NCBI GenBank assembly: GCA_043228905.1
Contig: JBHGNT010000015.1
Coordinates: 18,228,001-18,292,000, forward strand
DNA from: Azolla caroliniana
Lineage: Eukaryota > Plantae > Polypodiophyta
DNA length: 64,000 bases
Reading direction: 5' to 3'
In this document: positions 24,408 through 36,379 of the stretch, one piece after another
Position numbering within the stretch: position 1 is the first letter of the stretch
Layout: the number at the start of each line of letters is the position of its first letter
Notes under the pieces: model-generated
Seen by the model: the letters and a program-made list of their open reading frames with translations, nothing else
What the model was told of the DNA's origin: nothing
Database searches by the model: none
Position numbers and translations under genes: made by a program

Positions 24408-27148
24408 TGACGTGCCTTTCGGTGCCGAAACCTTGCGTGAGTCAGGTGGGAACCGCTAGGGTTTTGGACTAGGAGGATGAGGAATTTGAGATGAATAAGA
24501 ATGAGAATAGATTGTAAGAAAAAGATATAGAAACCTCGTGAATCCCACGAGTGTATTGTATTAGATTAATCAACCCTTAGAATCCTAATAGTATATCGGA
24601 ATAGATTAGAAAAGATAGATTGAAAATCGTGAATCACATGAATATAATCAATTAGATCAATATTTAGAAATATTAATAAAACCCAAGAATCAACAACCCT
24701 TACATTTTCTTCCCCCACCCTTATATAATGATGGGAGAGATGAAGTATATCTTGCCACATGCAAGCATGATGCTTTTTCTCTAACTCGAGTGTTCATGCA
24801 CACTAGATGTGCATGATTAGTTTTTCTATCATACTTTTTCTTTTAACTCAAGTGTTCATGCATATTAGATGTACATGAATAACTTTCTCTATCATGCTTT
24901 TTCTTTTTTTACTCGAGTGTGTATGTATGAATAACTTTTTCTATCAAGCTTATCTAGAATATTTGGGTGGGATAAGTTTTGTATAACTAGAATCTATAAA
25001 TTTAGTACTCATAATGTGTTAGCACAATGATAAGGTTTGAAATCGTTAACATGGAGGTACAATTTTCAAATCCTGCCATATGCATGTAACATAATTATTT
25101 TAGTATTTTCTCATATTTCTTTATACTTAGTTAATCGGGTACTTCGTATATATTTCACGCAGTTCATGAAGTATACTACGACACTCACCCCCTCCGAACC
25201 TGCACATCCTTCGGTATGTGTTGAAATTCTGGGTACTTGTTATTCTTCTTCATCTGTTGCACTCTCCGATTCTCCCACTATGTCGACTATTATTTTCAGC
25301 CCACTTTCTTCACTTCTCGCTTCTTCATGATCCATGTTTGCTTGCTCCTCTATGTCGGTGTTGCGTAAAGTTACGTAGGGCTCCACGTCACTTCGCTTCT
25401 TGAAAATCTTTACCCGCTTCCCTGCTATAGGCATCCGGAGTACTGTTTCATCCAGCTCACATAATTGGTAAGTTCCACTGTCGAATACCTTTCGAACTTC
25501 ATACGGTCTGAACCACCTTTTAGTAAATTTCCGTATCATAATTGAGTTGTGTTGATGATCCAAACTATTGTTGTAGACTATCACCCAATCCCCTTCTTCA
25601 ATCTTCTGCGGTCGAAGTCGGTGCTTTGTGTCGAATCGACGTTTGTTCCGAAATCGTGCTTCTTGTTGTCGGCGTACCGTTTCTATTATGTCTTCTGGTC
25701 TTCCTTCTAGTTGTCGCATCCGAACCGCTAGTAGTTCTTCCTGACTCATCCCTGCCTTCCATGGTAGCACCGTCCATGTTACAATTGCAGTTTCTGTAGG
25801 CATTACCAAAGTTTGTCTGGTCATAAGTTCCACTGGCATATAACGGGTCACAGAACTATGTTTTGTGCAATCCGCCCATAGTGCATACGGAAGCATCTGC
25901 GGCCAAATCTTCACCCTTCCATCACATGCTTTTGCAAGTGCTTTTACGATAGGACTATGTCCTCGTTGGATCTTCCCATTTGCTTTTGGATTGTATGTTG
26001 TGGTTAGTGTCAGTTGTACTCCATGTTTGGCGAAGAATCCCCTAGCTTTATTAGAGTCAAGTTCTCCCTGATCCGCAATCACTTGCCCTACACACCTGTA
26101 TCTGTAGAACACTTCTTCCAAGAGAAATTAGCATACTCCAGAACATGTTTTCCTCCGTAGCGCCCGACCTTCTACTTGGTTAGTTGAAGATCCTCACGAG
26201 CTAGCACCAAGTACTTCTTTTGTCTGATCCCGGTTGGCATGGCCACAATGTTGACCATCCATTTAAAGTTTATTGTTGGTGAGAATGTTGGATGTAATTC
26301 ATCCCTTCCGGACTTGCCGTTTCTTCTTTCGGATCTCGGCTCTCTTTTCTTTATTGTCCGATGATTCCTCAATTTCTTGTAGCACTTTCCCGATCAACAA
26401 GCTTTCTCCCTCGTATTCGTCTTCCGAGAACTCCCGAATCACGTTTACCCGACATATGTGCTCTGAAGTAAAGTAATCTTCAGAAACTTCTTCATTATCC
26501 AATTCGACTATGTCATCTTCAAACCGGGCCCTTGATAACATATCCGCTACCGCGTTGTCTTTCCCGAGATGTGTCGAACCTCCGGATTAAGTGACTTTAC
26601 ATGGAATCCATCTTAGCATAGCCATATCCGGTACCATGCAACATCGCATCATCCCGAGTATCGGAAGACAAACTGTTTCTATCACTACTTTGGCTGCGAT
26701 CAAATAATCTCGATCCGATTTTGTTGTCGACAAGACTCCCCATAATTCTCTTTTAACTTGTGGATATCTATGTTGCCTTTCGTTGAGAATCTTTGCTCCG
26801 AATCGAATTGGATATCATGAACCATCCGAGTCGACTTGGTTGATGACCCATTCAATCTTGGTTGGACTTGTATCAACCATTACTATGATAAGTCGGTCAT
26901 AGTCGGCTTCTTAAGTGCTTCTACCCTCCCTAGTGTTTTCTTGAGCTTCTTCATGGCTTTGGTATGTTCCTGTCTCCATTCAAACTTCTTACCCTTCCAC
27001 AACAATAGTGGGTCCGCAATGTGTGCATAGTGCGGAATCCATATGTGATAAAATGCACATGCACCAAGAAACCTACACACTTCGGATTGTGACTCACATA
27101 TTTCTTTCATGGTTTGAATCACATCAATCTTGACTGGAGACGGTGTTC
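24408..27148 (-). mobile_element. Gypsy-A 3' part (RT end, RNase H, integrase, PPT, 3' LTR ~24408-25183)
   Basis: RFLGAC, MLSRARF, YNPKANG, LWAD, WFRPY; PPT GGGGGTGAG next to TGTCGT; left LTR edge approximate. Confidence 0.85.
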
Positions 27149-29473
27149 TGTTGTTTCGCTTATGCGTGAGAAACTAAGGCAGGACCACGGGGGCCTTGGT
27201 CTGAGGAGTGCAAGAGATTGAAGAGAGAGAGAGAGAGAGCGTCGGGCCGGCGAATACCCACTTCCGGCAAGTAGCGCTTACCAGCCGAATGAACCACGAC
27301 CACGTGTACAGAATGAAGAGAGACGCGTAGCCACCAGACAATGAAGGGAACCACGCAGGAAAACACCGAGAGACGGAAAATTGGAGAATCAATTCCAATT
27401 ATAAGAGTAATTACAACGATTGCAAGATTACAACAGGCAAGCCGGCAACAGACCCAACACAGGTGACCACACACCCACGCATGCACACAGTGGAGCCTCT
27501 ACCGAAAGCACTCAGGCTTTGCTCGAAGCAGAGGCGACCGACCCAAAACCCGCAGTGAACAACGATAAAGGAGGAGAGAGCTCGGTTCCCAGTCCGAAAA
27601 CGCCTCGTCCTAGCCAAAACGCGATTCCCTCGTCAGTCTTCTCCCCTTTCTTTTTATAGGCCGCTGGGGAGGGACCGTTACATCCTGTCACATCACTTTT
27701 ATTCTCTGTCCTTTTGACAGAGATCCGCTTTGATTTACTAACCTATTAATATATTCTTCCTAGGATATACACAGTACGCCGGCCTATTCCTAGTTATGTA
27801 TAGAGTGTTGGTTTGAGTGCACACACATAAGTGACGTTTCACGCGCCTAATTCCTTGATTCCACCTAAGGCCGGTTTTCTCCACGACATCCACCCCCACC
27901 AACCCACGCATCCACTGGCATGCGTCAGATAGGGAGAAATGTTGGAGAAACCCGGCTCGTATTCACCCGTTGCTCTCCGGAACTTCACCCGCTCTGAACC
28001 GGTTGTCATTGTCTTCCTCGCTTCCCGCGTCCGGCTCGTCTTCATGCCACTTCTTGAAGGCCTTGATCCTCTTCCTAGCTACCGGCACCGCTATCCGTGT
28101 CCCGTTGAGCTCTACAAGATGGTAAGTACCGTTGTCGTTTGCGCTCGTTATGGTGTAGGGCCCGAACCACCTCCTCGCAAACTTCCGCGTCGCCTTGTGT
28201 TAGTTGTCGAGGCTGCTATCGTAAACCAGCACCCGGTCACCTTCCTCGATCTTCTTCAGTCGTAGCCAGTGCATCCGGTCGAACCGGCCCTTGTTCTTTA
28301 CCCTTGCAGCGTACAACTTTGCCTTCGCCCGCTCCACATCCTCCGGTCTTCGTTTGAGCTGTCGAATCCGCGCCGCTAACAGCTCTTCCCGGCTCATCTC
28401 GTCTCTCTAGTTCACCGCGGCCCATGAGGAGATCATCTGCTCAATTAGCATGATCGGCTTTTGCCCATACATCAGCTCTGCCGACATGAACCCGGTTACC
28501 GAACTATGCGTAGTTCGGTTTGCCCATAATGTGTAAGGCAGAAGCCCCGGCCAGTTCCCGACTTGTCCTCTGCATGCCCGCACCAACGCTTTTACGATCG
28601 GCCCGTGCCCGTGCCCTACCTTCCCGTTAGCCTCCGGATTGTACGCCGTAGTGAGGGAGAGCTTAACCCCTTGCCGTCCAAACAACTCTTCTGCTTCTTG
28701 CGTATCCAACTCTCCCCGGTCAACCACGATCTTCCCTACACACCCATACCAGCATACCACGTCTTCAATCAAGAACTGACACACAACTGCGGTCGTCTTG
28801 TTCGGCAATGCACGACGCTCCACCTGATTCGTCAAGTCCTCTTGCGCAAGCACTAGGTACCGCATTTGCCCTACCCCCATCGGCATCGTCACTAAGTCCA
28901 CCATCCACTTGAAGTGGACGGTCGGCGGGTAGGTTGGGTGCAACTTGTCTCGATGTCGGATTGCGGAGTGCATTTGGCAGCTCTCGCACGTTGTTATGAA
29001 CTAGTGCACATCCCGGTACAACCTTGACCACCAATACTTCTCCTTTAGCTTTTCAAATGTGGCCCATGACCCGCGGTGTCTGGCCCAAGGACTCTCGTGA
29101 TACACCGTCAGCAACACGTCTAGCTCTTCCTTCCCTGCCACTACGCGGAGTGGAACGCCTCCTCTCTTTTTCAGGAGCTACCATATGTCCACGTCCCGAA
29201 GAAAGAAACGGTATGACTTCTTCCGGATCCGGTTAGCCTCTTCCTTCATCCACACTGCGTCTGACACCACCGCCCTCAAGAACCTGCCGATCCGGAGCCA
29301 CTCCCCATCGTACTCACCCTCGTTGAACTCGTTAAGCGTTGAGTGCTCCCTGCCCTCATTGTCACGTAAGCCGACTCGAAGAAGTCCATACCGACTTCAT
29401 TGTCCTTTGAAACCATGCCTTCCTCATCATCATACCGTGCTCTAGAAAGCACCTCGGCCATGGTGTTGTCTTT

Positions 29474-32400
29474 TGTTGAGTAACAATCTCCACATTGGGT
29501 GCGTAACTCAATGCGTAGACTAGACGCATAAGTTAGTACGCACAACTTGGCCGTATCGGTGCGTAAACCGAAAGGCCGTTAGAGAGATATTCCTTGTAAG
29601 GAATAATTTTGGGAGTGAGTGTCGTGGCTCATTTATGAGCAGTCAAGTACTGTCAGTACTTGTGTCAACCCAATTGTCAGGGCTTGTATAAAAGGTGCTC
29701 ACTGAGCACGATGTATGTAATAGAGTGTCATTATTTTGAAACAAAATTGAGTTGTCTGCTCTCTCTCTCTCTCTCTCTCTCCATCTCCATCTCCATCTCT
29801 GTGTTTTTTTGCGTATACCAAACTGTGCACTCTATGTTTATGCACACGTATTCTTTTACATGGTATCAGAGCGTGAGGGTTGAAGTCCTCTGTAGTCGAC
29901 AAGAAAAGCTTGCGACAAAACAGAGTTGAAGTTGTTCTTCTTTTTTTTCGGAAAAGAAAAAGACAACAATATGGATAGAGGTATGGGAAGCTCGCTATCA
30001 ACTGAAAAGCTCGACAAGAGCAACTACGCATCTTGGTCGTACAAGATGCACCAGTACTTGCTTGGTCACGACTACTGGAGTTATGTCGAAGGAGCTAATG
30101 ATGTAGCACCCGATTCGACACTAAGAGATTTCTCGGCTTGGGAACAAGCGGCAAGCAAAGTTCTCTACTGCTTTGCATCCTGTGTGAGTGACCAACTATT
30201 GAGCTATATTCGGGATGCTAAGACGCCAAAGGATTCGTGGGTGAATCTCAAAAAGATTTTCACCGCAAGCACAACGACCAAGAAGTTGCAGCTCAGGCAT
30301 GAGCTCAGCAATGTCCGGTAGAAAGATCTGTCTGTGGCTGATTACACGGACCGAATCAAGGAAATCTACGATTCTCTCGCCTCCGTCGACGTGAACATTG
30401 AGGAAGATGAAATGGTGCAGGTTTGCCTTGGTGGGCTAGCTCACGATTTCAGAGCCTTCTGAACGGCGGTTTGTATGAGGGAGAATACGCCTTCGTTCTT
30501 TGAGCTTCAGTCAATGTTTCTTGTGGAGGAAAATCACGCGGGTGTGTCGACGAGTACGCACACCAACGACAAGATGCTGTACACGGAGGAAGATAGGCCC
30601 CGTGGTCGTGGTGGACGAGGCGGATCGGCGCGCAATGGAGGCGGCCAACAAGAGCAGAACAAGCGGCATAATCAAAATGTCGACAACAGTTCCGAACCCT
30701 CCAGGTATACATGGTACAACCCCCCGGATTTCTATCCAAACAAAACATGTCGGCAATTTTCCGACTGAAGAAGTCACTCTACGGACTTAAGCAAGCCCCG
30801 CGAGCCTGGAATGCAAAGATTACGCAACAGTTGCGTAGGATGGGGTTTACGACGTCGAAATCAGACTCTTCACTATTTGTTCGGCAAGGTCAATATGGAC
30901 CGGTAAGTCTTCTACTTTATGTTGATGATTTAGTCATCGCCGGTGCCAACTTAGGTGAAATCGACCACGTAAAGCTCCAGCTCGTGGCATCATTTGACAT
31001 GAAGACCTAGGGGACCTTCACTACATCCTCGGGATCGAAGTGGGCCGTACCCTCGAAGGCATATTGATCAACCAACGTCATTATGCGCTGAGTATGCTCT
31101 TCATGTTTGGGATGGCAACTTGTAAGCCCATCTCAACCCATCTGGACATGAACGTAAAGCTTCGCTGAGATTCGGGAAAGGCATGCGACCTGACACGGTT
31201 TCGACAAATTGTCGAAAGCCTCATCTATTTGACGATTACTCAGCCGGATCTTAGCTACCCAATCGGCTTTATTAGTTAATTTCTGTCGAAGCCTACGGCC
31301 GAACACTTTCAGTCCGCGCAAAGGATATTGCGATATATCAGCCGCACGAAAGACATGGCATTGCTATATCGGGCAGGCGTAGTCGAACAGTTAGTTGGCT
31401 ACACGGATGCCGATTGGGCCGGAAACGCCAGTGATCGTAGATCCACATCCAGATACGCCTTCTCATTAGGAAGTGCGGCGATCGCATGGAGCAATAAAAA
31501 GCAGCCGACAGTGGCACTGTTGAGCACGGAGGCCGAATATCGAGGGGCGACTGTCGCTACGTGCGAAGTCATTTGGCTGAAACAACTATTACAGGATCTG
31601 CATGTAGAGGTGTCTGATTCGACGTCGATCTATTGCGACAACCTCAACAGTATCCACCTTGCAAAAAACCCCGTGTTCCACACCCGGACCAAGCACATTG
31701 AGGTGCATAACCATTTTGTCTGCAAGTGGGTCCTTTCAAGTGAAGTCGAACTAGCGTATGTTCCGACGGATCGGCTGGTTGCCGACATCTTCACCAAGCC
31801 TCTTGATCTCGACAAGTTATGACATTTCTCGGGTGAGCTTGGGTTGCGTCACCTCAACTTGCCGAACTTGAGGGGGATAAAGGAAGAACAGGAACAAGAG
31901 CATGAAAGGAGCGGAGGTGTTCATCGCGGCAGAAGTGACTGTGACGCTGACGTGGATGAAGAATTCGATTTCGGGCCGGCTGAAGAAGCCGAAGAAAAGA
32001 GCAAGGGCCATAACCGTAGGGAAGAGCCGAGGATAGCTGAATTAGGGGGAGATACAACCAAGAAGGGCGTAGAGGCCAAGACCAAGACATGGTCTGATGT
32101 AGTCAAAGGCCTAAAGACTGAAGACGAATTGGAGATAACCAATTCAGATGAAAGCATAATTGAATCGGAAATGTTCGATTTAGTAATTATGAATCGACTA
32201 AGGGCCAAGTGGAGAAAAGGGCAGCGAAGGACGCGCCAACACTGCGATAGCAAGGGAGCTGAGAAGGGCCTGATGAGTAGACAAGCCAACCGGGAGGGTC
32301 AAAGCGCGTGGAATCGAACGGGTCAAGGAGCGCGAGCGAGGCGTGAAACCAGAAGGAACCGGAACGTAGATCCGAAAGAGCGGACGGAACCTCAAGTTGA

Positions 32401-32827
32401 GCTTGAGAGGGAATGTTGAGTAACAAGCTCAACATTGGGTGCGTAATACGGCGCGTAAACCAGTGCGTAGACTGGACGCGTAAGTTAGTACACACAACTT
32501 GGCCGGTGCGTAAACCGAAAGGCCGTTAGAGAGATATTCCTCGTAAGGAATAATTTTGGGAGTGAGTGTCATGGCTCATTTAGGAGTGGTCAAGTACTGT
32601 CAGTACTTGTGTCAGCCCAATTGTCAGGGCTTGTATAAAAGGTGCTCACGGAGCATGATGTATGTAATAGAGTGTCATTATTTTGAAATAGAACTGAGTT
32701 GTCTGCTCTCTCTTTGACTCTGTCTCTCCATCTCCATCTCTGTGTTTTTCTGCATATACCAAACTATCTTATTTCTGAACTGTGCACTCTTTGTTTACGC
32801 ACGCTTCCGCACACGTATTATTTTACA
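29474..32827 (+). mobile_element. Internally deleted Ty1/Copia with both LTRs, TSD TCTTT
   Basis: LTRs 29474-29860 and 32414-32827; PBS TGGTATCAGAGC at 29861-29872 (tRNA-iMet); gag fused near 30703 to RT QVYMVQPPG; RNase H present. Confidence 0.93.
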
Positions 32828-35800
32828 TCTTTCCCGGAAATGTGCCATATTTCCGGATTCAGGGACTTGATGTACGCAATCCACCTAGCATCGCCAGGTC
32901 CGGTGTTGCGCATCCGGAAACCATACCAACGATCGGTAGGTAGTCCGTCTCGATTATCACCTCCGTCTCGATCAAGTAGTCTTTATCGGCCTTAATTGCC
33001 AAAACGATACCCCAGAGTTCGCGTTTAACTTGGGCGTATCCTCGCTGCCACTCACTCAGCACTTTCGCTCCAAACTGAATGGGGAACCTCGTTCCACTCT
33101 CGTCCTCCTGGTTGACCACCCATCCTATCTCGGTTGGGCTCGTGTCTACCGTAACGTAAATTGGGATGTCCTTGTCGTAAACCGCTTTCCGGAATGCCGG
33201 TGCCGCGGTTAGCGCCTCCTTCAGTCTACGAACCGACTCCGCATGCTCCTCACCCCACTCGAATTTACGCCCCTTCTTCAGCAACCCATAGAGTGGCTCC
33301 GCGACATGCGCGTAATGCGAAATCCAGATATGGTAGAACGTGCACGCGCCCAAGAACCTCCGCACCTCCGTAACCGACTTGCATTCTTCCTTCATTGCGG
33401 AGATGGCTTCTACCTTTGCCGGAGATGGTTTCCGGACGTAAGGCCCGCACAAGTGCCCGACTACTAGGATCTCCGACTGCCCGAAAGTCGATTTCTCTCC
33501 GGAGAAGGTGAGCCATGCGTTCTCAAGTCGTTGAAGCACCTTCTCGCAACTGCTGATGTGGTCCACTACGAATCTTCGACATCCATCCGGCCCAACCGAT
33601 TCATCCTTCTCTTCCACCGGGCACCCTTTTATCGGGATGTTGTCCAAGAATGGCATGGTAATGCCCGAGATGCAATCCCTCAGCACCTTATTCATTGCAT
33701 TCACCATGCGCGCCACCGAGTTGGTCCCTCCTTGCGGTAGGGTACACATCTGCACTAAGCCGAGAGGAGTTCGCATCGTCATAATGTCCCTGCTCTCCAC
33801 GGCTAGTTGGAACTGATTGTACCCTGAGTACAGATCCCTAACCGAATAATTCGACCTTCCGACGAAGGCCTCTACGAACTCATCAATGGTCGGTCTGATA
33901 CCTGCGTTCCAGATGGTCACCTAAATGAAGCGCAACATGCCATTCTTCTTTGGCATGATAAACCACCGATTCAAATATGGGGCGCTCGACGGCTTGAGGA
34001 TGCCCATCCCCACCTTCTACTTCAGCAGCCCCATCAACTTCAGGATGTGAGCTCTGGGTGCCGGAATCGGCTTGAGATTCCACGGCACATGCGGTACCAC
34101 GATCGGTTCCACGATCGTGGGTCCACGCACCCAATATGCTCTGGTGAGAATGCGAAGGCTTTCACATGCCTTCCAAGCATCCTCTGAAACCGTTCCTCCT
34201 CTGTCGCCAGTAGAAAGCCACCCCCACTGACCTTGAGCTCCCGTAGCGTTATGTTGGTGAACCGATGCCCTATGTTGGCCGGATTCCGCAAACTTGGGTC
34301 CCACGCGACCCCTTTCTTTCGTTCCTCACTGCCCTCCGGCAAGGGTGCCCCAACTGGCCTCACCTTCTGGTCCACAGTCTTGTACCTCATATCCACGCGG
34401 GCCATCTGATCCAGCCCGACCCTTCCACCGAAGTCGTAAATGACATCGTACATCTCCGCCGAGTTAACCGGAATCACCTAGTCTTCACTGAGGCCTTCTT
34501 CGATCACCTTTCCCATTTCCTCGAGGGTGTCGTCAAAAGAGATCGATTGCACGACGATGCTAATTTCTTCGTCGGGGCCGAGGACTCTACATTCTCTGAA
34601 ACGCTCCTCGGCCCTCCTCTTTTCCCAGCCACCGATGCCGACTATCGTACAACCTTTGTTGTCGGAGACCCACAACTTCCTACCTATAGTACAAAACTTC
34701 CTTCCTACTGTACACGTGTGGGGTTCTTTTGGAGTGTCCGGACTACCGTGGCCCCACACCTTGATAGCCCTCTCTAAAAATCCCCACGGCCATCGCCGCC
34801 GAGGGTCTTGCGGCTGCGCTCATGGTTCGGTCGCACTGTCAGAAACTGAATGGAGTGTCGTCCGTCTTGGCTCTATATGCGCGCATACATCGAACCGTTG
34901 TCCAACACCTTGGTCTCCATGCAGGCCGCCGTAATGTATGGTTCGCCGAGTATCACCGGGTGCGAGGACGTCTCCTGCATGAAGAAGTGTTGATCAATCT
35001 CGACATCTCCAATTTTTACACGTACATTCGGGTATGCCCCATGCAACTCTTCCGTAGCGCATGTCGCCGCGCGTATTTTCCAGTCGTGCTTGGTGTTGAT
35101 CGGCCACTTTCCCTTCTTATAGAAGTCAATACACATCAGGTTGATCTCCGACCCGTGGTCGATCAGTGCCACTACCGGCTTCTCGACGTCTCCGAACCGA
35201 ACGGGGGTTTCCGTTGTCATGACGTGGCTCGCCTAGAAGCGTAACGTTGCGCACACAAAGGATAACGTGAAAGTGAGGAAGGAATCACTGGGATTATGGA
35301 CGGAAGAGACGAAAGAGTAGAGATGGAGTGAATAGGGTTCAATAAGATATGACAAAATAGGATTTTTAAGGAATATAAGATAAGACAAGATAAGATATAA
35401 AATAATATATGAGAAAGTGTATGAAATTTATAATCATTTTCATGAAAGAGTTACAAAATGATTGTGCACGAACTTTGTCTTGCAAGGTAATCGCTCTTCT
35501 CTTTCTTAATCGTAGACCACTACAATCTTCGCTTCAATATTTTGATGAAGATAAGGCTCGAACCGCCTCCCTCTTGTTGAGAGTTGACCACCACGACCGC
35601 CAAGCTAGAGCTCCACGTTTACGTTAAACTTCTTCCCTTCTTTCTCTATTTTTATGGTATCTCTTATGTAATACATAATTTGATTGATATCTCATACATA
35701 TCTCCCCCTTTGATCTTCTCTTTCACCATTTAAATTATGTGTCCCCATGCATATGATGCATTGGAGGGTATAAGTCATGCATGTAGTGCATGAAATGCAT

Positions 35801-36379
35801 GTGCTGCATGATCGCCATTTGGCGTTCATGCATTACATGTGATGCATTATAAACATCTCGCTCATTTGAGCTTTTATGTATGAAACAATATATACAATAA
35901 CAATAAACTTGAAAATAAAATCTTAAAGAGAAAGGACATAGCTTAATGGTAGGTGGGTTGACTTTGGGATATGAGGTTGTGGGTTCGAGTCTCAAAATAC
36001 TATTGAATACAACATACAACTTTATTTTTATATCATGAAGCAAATCCTTTATGTAATATAAAGTATATATAAAGTATGCTTTATTTTATATATATTACTA
36101 GTATAGAGTAAATGGTAAGATTTGAGAGTCATAGGGTGGGGTTATTGGTTCAAGTCCTCTCTTGTTTGTGTAATATAGTATATTTATCTATATATATATA
36201 TTATTTTTCTTTACATATATATAATATTATCATGTGTTGTTAATATTATCTTTATATATAAAACATTATCAAATGTTATTTTAGTTACGTATTTATCTTA
36301 TTGTAGACTTTTAATGTGAAGCTTTCGTTCTTCACGACATCCACCCCCTCTAGACCTGCACATCCTCCGGCATGTGCCA

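Noticed and set aside
27800-27870. Possible A/B-box module in the Gypsy-B LTR
   Set aside because: Too degenerate to support.
35932-36000. Functional tRNA genes in LTRs
   Set aside because: A/B boxes are present but I could not fold complete acceptor and anticodon stems; reported as promoter-like modules only.
35735-36043. His/Met-rich ORF repeated at 46186..46536
   Set aside because: Arises from ATGCAT-rich LTR sequence, has a non-ATG start and differs in end between the LTRs.
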